Below, in pieces: positions 26,111-37,822 of a DNA stretch of 60,000 bases; within the stretch, counting starts at the first letter, position 1; each line of letters starts with the position of its first letter. The notes beneath the pieces are model-generated. The model was given only the letters and a program-made list of their open reading frames with translations. It was not told the DNA's origin and did not search any database. The DNA is from Camelus ferus (Eukaryota): NCBI RefSeq assembly GCF_009834535.1, contig NC_045698.1, positions 4,404,001-4,464,000 on the forward strand, in the 5' to 3' direction. A program made the position numbers and the translations under genes.

Positions 26111-26651
26111 TGTATTGTATTACAAAGTGTGTATTGTTTGAAGATTCCTAGTGATGTTTGTAAGGATTGAATTCTTTTCTCTACTTCTTATAATTCTGAC
26201 CTCATCAAAAAGAAAAGATTCTGTAGCAACCCCCTTAGACAAATAAAAGAGCTGAAATCAGTGTCCCCAAAGCCATGACCTAAAAGTAAGAGTAGCCATC
26301 CCAGGCGGCCATAGAAAACCACTTTTGAGGTTTATTAGGTCGGCCAACATCAGCCCCTCAGCTTCCTGAGCTTTTCAGACAGAGACTAGGCACTTGAATT
26401 TAGGACCCACTTCCTTCCTCAGTTACGATCTTGAGACTGTTTAATGTTAGCAGAACACCACGTTTTCCAGAAAGATCCCCACCTCCTTGCTTCTCAACAC
26501 TGAGTAAGCTTTGCTCTGCATTTTCTTGCAAACAGAAAACACCGGTGTTAGGTTTTATCTACACTGGAGCCATCACCTGTATGACACCAGCAGATGTGGA
26601 TGACAGAATGAAGCCCTGAAATGGTTTGAGTTCTTTGCTTTTATACAGGTC

Positions 26652-27140
26652 TTTTTTTTTTTTTTAACTGAAGTATTGTCAGTTATAATGTGTCAATTTC
26701 TGGTGTACGACATAATGTTTCAGTCATACATATATATACATATAATTGTTTCCATATACTTTTTCATTATAGATTACTACAAGATATTGAATATAGTTTC
26801 CTGTGCTATACAGAAGAAATTTTTTAAATCTATTTTATATATAGTAGTTAGTATTTGTACATTTTGAACTCCCAATTTATCCCTTCCCACCCCCTTTGCC
26901 CCTGGTAACCATAAGTTTGTTTACTATGTCTGTGAGTCTGCTTCTGTTTTGCAGATGAGTTCCATTAATGTCTTTCTTTTTCTTTTTTTAGATTCCACAT
27001 ATAAGTGATAGCATACAGTATTTTTCTTTTTCTTTCTGGCTTACTTCACTTAGAATGATGATCTCCATGTCCATCCATATTGCCGCAAATGGCATTATTT
27101 TATTCTTTTTTATGGCTGAGTAGTATTCCATTGTGTAATA
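26652..27140 (-). mobile_element. 5'-truncated L1 (3' UTR and last ORF2 codons)
   Basis: Highly similar to the L1 3' ends at 8974-9480 and 12540-13050 (TTAGATTCCACAT, GGCTGAGTAGTATTCCATTG). Confidence 0.92.
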
Positions 27141-27457
27141 GCACATGGCCACACGGACTCTTAGTGCTCCCTGGGCTTTTTTAATTTAATAAGAGAATAG
27201 TGTGAGGAAAGCAGTGTAGGAAGGGGGAGGGGCAGGTGTGGAGGACGGGTGTATGTGGAGTGGGGCATAAGGGGGAACCAGGGGGGCAGGGGAGTGAGAC
27301 AGGGAGCAGGAGACTCCAGCCATGGGAGCTAAATGCTGACGTGCTCATGGGCAGAGACACACAGGCCTTCCAGGCCCCCCATTACAGGTGCCAGATTTCA
27401 CGAGACTTTCTAGAAAGTACACATGAAGAAACACTCTTAGCTTTTTTCCTCACATTC

Positions 27458-27490
<33 letters not shown>

Positions 27491-28110
27491 GATACAGCTG
27501 AGGTGCAACATCATGTTAGTTTCGGGTATACAATGTAATGATTCAATATTTGGATATATTGTTAAATGACCACAACAGTAAGTGTAGTTAATCTGTGTCA
27601 CCATACACAGCTACAAATTGTTTTTTCTTACGATGAGGACTTTTCAGATCTACCCTCTTAGCGACCTTCAAATTTAGTGCAGTGTGATTACCCGTAGTCT
27701 CCACACTCTGCGTCACGTGCCCAGGACTTTGTGTTAGAATTGGAAGGTTGTACCTTTTGACCTCCTTCACCCATTTCGCCCATCCCCCACTGTGGCAACC
27801 ACTGATCTGTTCTCTGCATCCATGAGCTCGCTTTTGGGTTTTATTGTTTTAGATTCCAGATCATACGGTATTTACCTTCCTCTGCTTGACTTATTTCACG
27901 TAGCAAAATGCCTTCAGGGTCCATCCACGTTGTCACAAATGGCAAGATTTCGTCCTTTTTTATAGCTGATTATTATTCCGGGGTGTGTGTGTGTGTGTGT
28001 GTGTGTACCATATTTTCTTTATCCATTCATCCATCAGTGAACATATAGGTTATTTTCATGTCTTGCCTACTGTAAATAGTGCTACAATGAATGTGGGGAA
28101 ACATACTTGG
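27458..28110 (-). mobile_element. Older L1 3' fragment with (TAT)n tail (27458-27489) and (GT)12 (27983-28006)
   Basis: L1 3' motifs TTTAGATTCCA, GGTCCATCCACGTTGTCACAAATGGCAAGATTTC and TATCCATTCATCCATCAGTG; its 3' UTR differs from the younger copies. Confidence 0.85.
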
Positions 28111-29591
28111 TTTTTAAAGCCAGTGCACTAGGATTCCTGTGTTGGGATAATGTGTTCACACCCACTGAGATGGCTCTGAACACTCTGGGGTCCTGGGAAG
28201 CCACCCCAGGGAAGCAGCTGCTCAGGGATCCGGGAGTGTCTGCAGCCCAGGAGTAGGGGCGCGGGGAGGGGGCTGGTCACGCTCACTTCCAGCCCCGCCC
28301 GCAGTCACGCCCTGGAGGTGGGGAGTCCTCGCCCCCCTGCGGAGCCAGTGCTGCCTCTGCCTCCACCACCCGCACCTCGTTAGCACCTCGTTACCAGCCT
28401 CGTCGCCGTCCTGTTCTCATGGTCTCGGGGCCAGCACACCCAGCACGGCTCCGGTTGACTCCCAGGTGCTTGGTTATGAAGTTTTTCCGCACATAGATGG
28501 CCAGTTATCCCACAGGGGGAAACGCCCCATTTGAAGACCACGTGGTGGGGGGTGGGGGTCAGGGAGCTGCTGCAGGGGTGGAGCCTGAGGAAGGGGAGGC
28601 AGGGCCACCTGTGTGACTCATTATGGGATGGAGCCGAAACTCGGGGGGCCCAGCTGAAGAGGCGCAGGCACACCGTGCAAGTGTGCAGAACACGCCCCAC
28701 ACCTAGACCAGTGTGTGTGGAGGCGCCGAGGAAGTAGAAATGCCCTGCAAGGGACGCGTTCCTGTGACGCTTTCCTGGTCCCTTTCCTTGCTTGGAGCAG
28801 TGGTACAGGTCTCTTCAGCAGGAAAACGTGTTTTGCACGTGCACAAGCAAACCGCACGTTTCTTCACTGGACACCAGCTGCCCCTTAATGACTTGCCACT
28901 TACGAGGCAGAGCGGTCCCCTCTTGGTGTAGAAGGAGGTGGAAAAGCTCTTCCCCAACTGCAGGGACTCAGAAATCCCTGCTCCACCCATCCTCAGGGGG
29001 TGGCCTCACCCTTGAGCCCTGAGGCCTGGGTTCCCAGCAGTGTTGAAGGCCCCTGGTCACACGGCGGGGGCTGGGCCAGGAGGGCACACCTGCCCACATG
29101 CCCACACCCCGATGAGCTCCCACAGCCTGCTGTCTCACTGCTACCTTCTGGGCTTTTCTGCCCTGAACTCTGCGCCTACCAAGCCTCACTGGGCCTCACA
29201 GACAGAGCCTGGCTCAGGCCATGACCTCCTCCCAGGCGACCTGAAGCAGGAGGAGCCAAGTCTCAGGCCCAGTTCATGGGCTCCTGGTTTCCGCCTCGCC
29301 AGGGATTCTTGGTGCGCTGTTCCCAGCCCCAGGCCCTCCCGCTGGGCGCAGCCTGCTCAGACTTGCCGCAGGTGCGCTGGGCTGGGCTGAGGGGAGACCT
29401 TCGGGCCTCTGCCCCACCTCTCCTTCCCGGGACAGGTGTGACTGGAGTCCCCGCCGACTCCACCCCTCCCTTCCCAGCCGGAAGGGCTGGCCCAGCAGGC
29501 TTCATTGGCTCAGGGAGAGGCACCTGGTGGCACTGCAGACTCTGAGAAATGGCTGATCAGGAAGTTGGGCAGGCACAGGGAACTGCATTCA

Positions 29592-29730
29592 AGTTCTCGT
29601 AATAACATAATGGAAAAGAATCTCAAAAGAAAATATTTCTAAGTATGTATTTGTATAGCTGAATCACTTTCTGTGCACCTGAAACTAACATTGTAAATCA
29701 ACTACGCTTCAATTAGACGTTTAAAAAAAA
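29592..29730 (+). mobile_element. Short L1 3'-end fragment
   Basis: ATAATGGAAAAGAATC...CTGAATCACTT...ACCTGAAACTAACATTGTAAATCAACTAC plus an A tract. Confidence 0.8.
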
Positions 29731-29810
29731 GAACCTTAGGAACACTAGGATTCATCAAGTTTAAGTGTAAATCATGCTACAGAAAAAAATCAAAGTAGAA
29801 AAACAAAAGA

Positions 29811-29865
29811 AAGGAAGGAAGGAAGGAAGGAAGGAAGGAAGGAAGGAAGGAAGGAAGGAAGGAAG
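29811..29865. repeat. (GGAA)13 microsatellite
   Basis: Seen directly. Confidence 0.95.
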
Positions 29866-31269
29866 AAATTGGGCGGGCTTTGTTCAAAAGGGAAGGTGAA
29901 GAGAAACTCGTTGTTCAGAAAGGTGACGTGTGGGGGCCCTTGCCGCGCCCGTGCAGAGGCAGCAGCGCCTGGCCCCGAGGTGGAGGTGGCTGGCGTGCAG
30001 GAGGGCGGTGGCGGCTGAGGCGTCGATTCCAGAGTCCCCGCCCAGGGCGTGTGTGAACTGAGTACCCGGGGCCGCTGTCCGAGGCTTCATCCACGTCCCC
30101 TCACAGTGGCTTCCATCCTCACCCAGCGCTTCCAGAAGGAAAACCAAACAGACGGACCACAGACCCCGACCTCTCAGGCCGGTCCTGCTAGAATGTCAGG
30201 CAGGAAGGGGGCCTCTCCAGGGGGCAGCAATGACATCTCACGGCTTTAGGAACACCGCTTCTTTACTGAAAATCAGTAAAGTAGGAAAGAGTAAAGGAAT
30301 CCGCACAGAGTCTTTTTTATCGCTGTTTTTGCAGACGCTTCTCAAAAGTAACATAAAATCATGACTTGGGCACAGGTTCTCTAGAACACATGCTACTCAC
30401 TCGTCCTTTTCGCAGTGTGTTCCCAGAAGGGAAGACGCTGTGCCGCTGGAAGGTCGCGTGTGTAGGGCAGAGGGTTGGCCCGATTCTGACCTGAGAGGTC
30501 AAGGTGGGCAGGAAGACACAGGCTCCCTGGTCATTCGCTGGGTGCAGGGCCGACGCGGCTGCCCCAGGGAGAAGGCGCACACGTGGACGCGTGTTTGTCG
30601 AGGCAGCCAGGTCGGGGGGTTGGGGAGTGTGTCCGCGATGAGGATACAGCCCCGCAGGGATCGTCCAGCAGGGCAGAGGGTGGGCTCACGGACTTTTCCA
30701 GAACCCCACATGCAGGTGGCTGGAATCAGCTCAAAAGTAGAAAATCCATAAGCAGCGGCTGTGTTGTATTAAACAGGCACTTTTGCCTTGAAAATGGAAC
30801 GCAGTGTCCTAGGCTCAGCCTGTCGCCAGCAGCTCCTTCTGCATCCTGCGTATAGTAAAAGGGAAAGCACAGATGGCCATCCTCTCAGGGCACAGGGACC
30901 GTGGCATCTCAGGGCACAGGACCGGGGTGAAGGAGGTCTCAGGGTCGGGCAGGGCCCCCAGGTCCGCACGACTGGGGCCGGAGGACCAGGCTCTCCTGGT
31001 GAAGGCAGATTCCATGTGCTGATCAGCCCAGGGTTTGCACAGACTCTGGGGTGAACGGGGGATGGAGGTCCAGAGCATTGTGTTGAAAGGAGGGTGCTGT
31101 GCAGAAGGATGGGGTTCAGCAACCCCCGACACCCATGTCCAGTGAGGGAAAGCCAGTGCAGGCAGCATTCCGTTCAGCAGAGGGTCAGTATCTTGTTTCC
31201 CTCTGTACACCTGAAGCCTCTTCATCTTCTGAGAGCCCGCCTGACCTTGGGGTTTGGAGCGTGGCCCCC

Positions 31270-31445
31270 AGTCCTGCGTCGGAATCCTGTATGATTTCAA
31301 GCCCACGATTGACTTCTCTGTGTCTGTTTCCTCGTCTGTAAGTCAGGGTTGACAATAGCAGAGCCCACCTGCTGGGGTTTCAGGGAGGGTTTTACAGAGT
31401 CTGCTCAAGCCCCGTCCTGAGAACAGTGCCTGGAGCTCATCAGGG
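31270..31445 (+). mobile_element. Degraded MIR
   Basis: ACTTCTCTGTGTCTGTTTCCTCGTCTGTAAGTCAGGG...AGAACAGTGCCTGG. Confidence 0.6.
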
Positions 31446-31813
31446 ACCTGCCACAGCCGCTGTGGTCGCCTTTAAGGACCACGCCTAGCTGTCGCTGACT
31501 GTGTCCCCGCACGGCTAGTGAACCCCACTGGGACCCAGCCACCTGAGCAGAAGTTCAAGTATTAGTGGGATCTCCAGAAAAAATAATTTTGAAACAATTA
31601 TCTGATATAACTCAAAGTTTTAGCAAGAAGTTCCTTTTTCCCTGCTTGCTTCTTCCGAGAAAATACGATCCGTCTCAATGCAGATTCAATGATGGTTAGA
31701 AATGTCTTCAAAATGTAGACCAAAGAGATGCTGCAGTTTTGTGAGAATCAAAAAATATCCATGAACTGCGCCTTCGGTGCTGCCAGTGGCTTGAGGATTT
31801 TTTTATGGTAATA

Positions 31814-32425
31814 AAGTAGCCCCTCCTTACCTGCAGGGGATACATTCCAGGACCCCAGGGGATGCCTGAGTCCTTGGACAGTACCGAACTATGTTTGCTC
31901 CTGTACATGGAAACGCTGGACAGAGGGCTGATTCCCGTCCCAGGTGGATGGGGTGGGACAGCCAGGCACACTTCGTTTTATTGCTTCACAGACACTGATT
32001 TTGTACAAACTGAAGGTTTGTGGCCACCCTGCATCGAGCAACTCTATCAGTGCCATTTTTCCAACAGCATCACTTTTTAATTAATGCTGCTTGTTAATGT
32101 TTAAATTGTTTTTTAGACATAATGCTGTTGTGTACTTAATAGACTGCAGTGCAGTGTGACCATTACTTTTGTATGCACTGGGAAACCAAAAAGTCCGTGT
32201 GACTCACTTCATTTTGATAATTCGCTTCAAGCCAGGGCCCTGAAACCAAACCTGCAATGTCCCCAAGGTCTGCCTGGGGCAGGAGATTTCATCTCACTAC
32301 TCAGAACAGTGTGCAATTTAAAACTTATGAGTTGTTTATTTCTGGAATTTTCCATTTAATATTTTTGGGCCGTGGCTGACCGAGGGTAACTGAAATCACA
32401 GAAGGTAAAAGCCTGGCTAAGCGAA
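31814..32425. mobile_element. MER44/Tigger7-derived MITE, split by a nested insertion
   Basis: Left AGTAGCCCCTCCTTA...GGATACATTCCAGGACCCC...GATGCCTGA and right AGATTTCATC...CAATTTAAAACTTATGA...GGGTAACTGAAA match the recalled MER44 consensus. Confidence 0.75.
31963..32276. mobile_element. Internally deleted Tigger1 derivative (Tigger1a-like MITE)
   Basis: Inverted termini CAGGCACACTTCG and (reverse complement) CAGGCAGACCTTGG; both Tigger1 ends are present (GAAGGTTTGTGGC; TGCACTGGGAAACCAAAAA). Confidence 0.8.
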
Positions 32426-33634
32426 CAGCTTTGTTAAATGCTGGGGCTTCCCTTTCATTTCTATTCAGCGTTATCCAGGTTTACACAAAACTGATGCCGG
32501 CTTTGTCGTCCGAGAGGCTCACAAATTTAAGAGAAAATATCTGAGGATGTTTATTCCCTAATAATTGGGAAACGATTTTAGAGCCTGGAACAGAGAGTCT
32601 ATGGTTACATAAGGTTTCTCAATGGAAAATTGTAGAATGTTTCACCAAGGAAACACTCCTTCCCGAGGGGAGTGGCTTTGCGTCCTGGGCATTATTCTGG
32701 TACTTGGCCCTGATGAGTGTCAGTGTCATGGAAGGCTGGCCTGTGGTCCTGTGGGGGAGGGAGGGTGAATCTGGCCGATGGCACTAGTGCAGTAACCCCT
32801 TCATTCATTCTACCACCACCCCTGCCCCCGGCTGCCCACCAGACCCGGGCCACACCCTGGGCATCTCCCCAACCTGGTCTCATCTGGTGTCTCCAGCAGC
32901 CCGCACGAGGCCTGTTCCATGGCAGGCATTTAGTAAATCCGTGGGAAATACAGGTTGCTCATTTAGGATTTTTTCATAGCTAAGATGCACTTTTCCAAAG
33001 AACCAGATATTTTTTTAAAGGGCAGTGATTGCTAAAAAATAAGGTCAAGAAGAATTTTTAAAGTTCTGATTTTATTATGAACCAAGCGAGCATCGCTTCC
33101 GAGACGGCTGTTCCTTCCTGAGGGCTGGACCACGGGTGCTCTTCGGACGCTCACCGGCCCCCTGCGAGGACCGCCGCACACGCCTTCCCTGACGTCCCCC
33201 TGCCCAGCCCGGACCCTGAGCCCTCAGCTCCCCTGTTTCCTCTCGCCTCACCCACCAGCTCCCACGGGCTCGGTATCTTATCCGGAAACCTGTTTCCTCC
33301 AGGGTCAGAACCTAGCATGCCTGGGCCTCCTTCCCCACGAAGATGGCGCCCTCCCAGGCCCCGGGCATCACCCTGCTGCTCTCAGCCCCTGTCTCTCCAC
33401 GCAAGTTGCCTCTGCCCTGGCCTGGGTCTTTGTCCGTCTTCTCTGGACCATGACAGTAGCCCACTTAGGCCACACTCACACTTGACGGACACCCGTCTCC
33501 CAAGTGACCCATCCCAAAGGAACACTGGACCCTATGCTCTGCCCCTAGAGGAGAGACTCAGATGCTGACCTATCTGGCAACCTTATCTCCTGTGGTGGGG
33601 AGAAGTGCACCCACTAAAGAGACACTGAAGTCCT

Positions 33635-33676
33635 ACGTAATATTGTAAATCAGCTATACCTCAACTGAAAAAGAAA
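33635..33676 (+). mobile_element. Ultra-short (42 bp) L1 3'-end insertion
   Basis: AATATTGTAAATCAGCTATACCTCAA plus an A-rich tail between 19-bp direct repeats (33616-33634 and 33677-33695, 2 mismatches). Confidence 0.75.
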
Positions 33677-33734
33677 AAAGACACGCTGAAGTCCTTTCCC
33701 TCCCTCCCCGACCTCCCCCCGAGCCACCACGCTG

Positions 33735-34128
33735 TGCGCGTGTCCTTGCCTGGACACAAGGTCTCTGCAGATGTAAAGTTAAGATGAGGGCATCCCGGAT
33801 TAGCGTGGGCTCTGATGCCAGTGACCCGTGTCCCAGGAGGAAGAGGAGAAGAAATTTGACACCGAGACAGAGACGCACAGGGAGAAGACAGGTGACCACA
33901 AAGGCAGAGATCGGGGTGATGTGTCCACCATGTCGGAACACCTGTGGCTGCCCACAAACCACCAGAAGCTGGGGGAGGCGTGGGGCAGATGCTCCCCCAG
34001 AGCCTCCTGCATCAGCCCTGCGCACAGCTTGGTTTTGGGCCTCTGCCCTCTAGAACTGACAGAAAATACATTCCTGTCTTTGAAGCCACCCAGCATGGTA
34101 CCCTGGTACAGCAGCCCCAGGAACTAAC
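33735..34128 (+). mobile_element. MaLR LTR, MLT1C-like
   Basis: TGCAGATGTAAAGTTAAGATGAGG...GGCAGAGATCGGGGTGATG...CTAGAACTG...GGAACTAAC. Confidence 0.8.
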
Positions 34129-34338
34129 CCCCTCCCGTTCCTCCCTCCTCTCTCTCCATCCTCCCGGGAGCACCCAGACATGTATTTCCCATGCTCCTCC
34201 TGGTCTCCCTTCCTGTGTTCCAGCTGAATCATTCCATTTGTCCTTGAGTCCAGCTCCTGACCCACCTCCTCCAGGAAGTCTTCCCTGCCTGCCTGGCCAT
34301 CCAGGGCAGGTGTGGTGCCCCATCAGCATGGTCTAGAG

Positions 34339-34546
34339 CAGGCATTCTCAACAGGGGCAACGCTGCCCCCCAGGGGACACTGGGCAATATGGAGGAACTT
34401 GTGGTTGTCACACCTGGCGCAGGGCTACTATTGCATGTGGCGGGTAGAGGCCAGGAATGCTGCTAAAATCCTACAATGCATGGGACAGCCCCACAACCCA
34501 GAAGATTCCATCCCCAGGTGCCATTAGTGCCCAGGCTGAGACGCTG
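34339..34546. mobile_element. MER20 hAT-Charlie MITE
   Basis: TTCTCAACAGGGGC...CCCCAGGGGACA...GGTTGTCAC...TGCTGCTAAAATCCTACAATGCA...GACAGCCCC; GTCTAGAG target-like left flank. Confidence 0.8.
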
Positions 34547-35074
34547 ATTGAGAGAACACGCATGCTGTAGAGAAGTTAGATGTTCCCCTGTTCGTCTGCC
34601 CGGGTCCTGGTGGGGAGCACGGTGCCACCCACGGTGGGGGCCCCGCCCTGCCTGCCTCATCAGCCTCTCTGCTGCGTAACTGGACAACAGGGCGAACGCT
34701 GTCTGTAACACCAGACGGCTTGTCAGTTTCTGTGGAAAAAAATAGGTGTCTAGCCTCTTGTGTACAGTTTCTTCCATGCCAGTCGCTTTGACAGAGCCAG
34801 GCGTGTCTTTGAGATTGGGTAGATCGCAGAGGTGGTGCTCCTGGGTGTGTGTGCGGTGAAGGGCTGTGTTCTGATGGGGAGAGAGTCGCAGCTTCCTTCT
34901 GGGTGTCACCAGGGTTCCCCCAGATATCTTTCCAAGACAGCGTCACCTGCTGTCACTCTGCCCACCTAAGGTGGAGGCACCCAGCCCAGGATGCACCGTG
35001 AGGACTGAGGACATTTCCGTTAGAGAGAAGCTCAGTGCCTTTCTCCAGCAGGCACCATGTCCACATCCATAAGC

Positions 35075-35360
35075 ATGCTTATTACACTTCGCAGAGTATC
35101 TTCCAGGCCCATCCATGTTGCTGCAAATGGCAAAATGTCATTCTTTTTATGGCTGAGTAATGTTCCATTGTGTATATATATGTACCACATCTTCATTCAT
35201 CTGTTACGGACACTTAGTTTGCTTCCATGTCTTGGCAATTGTAAGTAATACTGCTGAACATTGGCGTGCATAGATCTTTTTGAATTACTGGGAGTTTTTT
35301 TGGATATACACCCAGAAGTGGAATTGCTGGGTCATATGGTAGTTCTATTTTTAGTTTTTA
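35075..35360 (-). mobile_element. Internal L1 ORF2-end fragment
   Basis: CCATCCATGTTGCTGCAAATGGC...GAAGTGGAATTGCTGGGTCATATGGTAGTTCTATTTTTAGTTTTT. Confidence 0.85.
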
Positions 35361-36313
35361 GTGCCTCAGTCTTTTTATCAAGAAGATTTGGGGAGTGAAA
35401 TACAAACAGCTGGGGTGGGGGTGGTGTGTGAATGAGCATCTTACAGGATGTCAGAATAACGGAAGCAAACAGAACCATATTGGACATGAACTTCAGGTTA
35501 AAACCCAAGGAGAACATGAGACCTGAATGCCCCACAGAGGGACGGGATGCAGGAGGGGCTGAGCCTCTGCGTCCTGGGGTGCTGGCTGCCTGGAGGGGAG
35601 CCCGCCCGGGCCAGCCTGTTTTCCCTCAGCGCCTGCTAGCAAAGCCCTTCCCTGGCGGGTTCTGTGTCTCCCACGCACCCGAACCAGATGCATCTCTGTT
35701 TGGTCCCTTGCCCTCAGAGGGCCCTCCGGTCCTCACCTGGTGGTCCGGGGGAGAGAGCAGTGCTTGGTGGGAGTTAAGCCCACCTTCCTGACCAGCCCTG
35801 ATGATCAAGTGAAGTGAAGCATTATCTGTAGGAGTTTAATGAGCTGCTGTGTGTGAAGGTGGTCACACCACTGACAGTGCGCTCGTGGACAGAAGCCACA
35901 CGGGGGACCTGGCTATTCAGGGCGCTCCCCGTCAGTCAAAGCTCAACGCGCACTTGTAAGCTGCTCAGCTGTCTGGACAGCACGTCCCACCTCATTGTCC
36001 CCTTCTTGCCCTTTCAGCCCCCTCTGCCCCCCTCCCCAACCTTGGCTGGTGCTGGGTGGGGCCCCTGGCGGGCAGCAGGCCTCCCCCTGTAAACTGCCCA
36101 TTCTCCAAATTGATGTATGAGGTCTGGGCTTTCCCTCAAGGTTACTCCTGGCTTCCAGTCACTGAAGGGACACTCACCTCTCCCCCTCTGGTGTGAACAT
36201 CACCTCCACAGCCACACGTGTGCATATGCAGACACACGGATGTTCATGTACAGACACACATGCACCTGGGCACAGGGGCTGCACACACGTGCACAGGCAA
36301 GGACCCATGAATG

Positions 36314-36365
36314 CACACACACACACACACACGCACACACACACCACACACACACGCACACACAC
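36314..36365. repeat. Imperfect (CA)n microsatellite
   Basis: Seen directly. Confidence 0.9.
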
Positions 36366-36609
36366 GGTAAGAGCTGTGGAATCAAATCAGTGCCTTTCCA
36401 CTCCCGAATTCTTCTCTTTGATGTGTCACTGGACCAGATCCAGTACAAGTTCTTCCCTCGCTAGTCAGTGGCTGCAGCGTCATTGTTTTGATTTGGGAAC
36501 AAGTTTCTTTGAAGCAGCCTCTTCTGTTGTAGAGTCTTATCTGTCCTTTAGTGCTTGTAAGTTGATCTGCTTTGAATGGTAGACCTTAAAAGAGAAGTGA
36601 GAAATAATC

Positions 36610-36779
36610 TCCAAGGATGTATTGTACAACACAGGGACTGTAGGAAACATTTTATAATACCTGTAAGTGGAGTATGACCTTTAAAACTTGTGAATCACTA
36701 TATTGTACACCTGTAACTTATATAATGCTGTACATCAACTATACTTCAATTTTAGAAATTCTCAAAAAAAAAAAAAAAG
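36610..36779 (+). mobile_element. Short L1 3'-end fragment with poly(A)
   Basis: GAATCACTATATTGTACACCTG...CATCAACTATACTTCAATT plus A15; possible TSD GAGAAATMAT at 36599 and 36780. Confidence 0.8.
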
Positions 36780-36828
36780 GAGAAATCATTGCTGTCTTTC
36801 CGAGCAAGTCTCCTTTCAAAGATGCCTC

Positions 36829-36852
36829 TGTGTGTGTGTGTGTGTGTGTGTG
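36829..36852. repeat. (TG)12 microsatellite
   Basis: Seen directly. Confidence 0.95.
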
Positions 36853-37337
36853 CATCTTCCTGAAGCCCAAGTCCAGCATGTGTCCCATCTGAGCTTCTCC
36901 TCCAGAGAGTGGTGTCATGGAGAGAGTCTAAACTGAGCCCAGCACATGCCTGAAGCCTGCGCTGGAGGAGCTAGGGTGTGTGAGTGCTTTTAGACTAACA
37001 GTTACACCTTCAGAGACTTTAAAAGCAAGTAGCAGCCCTATAATTCAGCCCAGGAAATGAGTGAAGGAGTCTCAAAACTATACGAGGAGTCTGGAAATTC
37101 TAACTATTTTTAAAGGAGCAGAAGCCTGTAATTCATGGGTGAGTGAAACACAAAAATGGCACAAAAGTATGTTTGCAAAGAAAAAATACAGTAAAGAGAA
37201 AAATCTAACCAAGTGAGAAATAGCAAATGAACATATTTATGTCAACCTATTAGAATGACATTATTGAAAAGGCTGAGAAATTAACCCTATAGATGCAAAA
37301 TATTGGATTTGCCTGAAGACGTTTTGGTGACCAAATA

Positions 37338-37822
37338 ACCAACAGACGAATGGATAAAGAAGGTGTGGTGTATATATACAATGGAATATTACTCAGCAAT
37401 AAAAAAGAATGAAATAGTGCCATTTGCAGCAACATGGATGGACCTAGAAATTATCATACTGAGTGAAGTAAGTCAGAGGAAGACAAATATCATATGATAT
37501 CACTTCCATGTGGAATCTAAAATATGATACAAATGAACTTATTTACAAAACAGAAATAGACTCACAGACATAGAAAACACAATTATGGTTACCAAAGGAG
37601 AAAGATGGGGAGGGATAAATTAGGAGTTTGGAATTAACAGATACACACTACTGTATATAAAATAGATAAACAACAAAGACTTACTGTAGAGCACAGGGAA
37701 CCATATTCAATATCTGGTAATGGCTCATAATGGAAAAGAATATATATATAACGGAATCATTTTGTTATATACCTGAAACTAACACAACATTGTAAGTCAA
37801 GTATACTTCAATTACAAAAAAA
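37338..37822 (+). mobile_element. 5'-truncated L1 (last ORF2 codons plus 3' UTR)
   Basis: ACAATGGAATATTACTCAGC...TGTGGAATCTAA...ACAACATTGTAAGTCAAGTATACTTCAATT plus an A tail. Confidence 0.92.
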
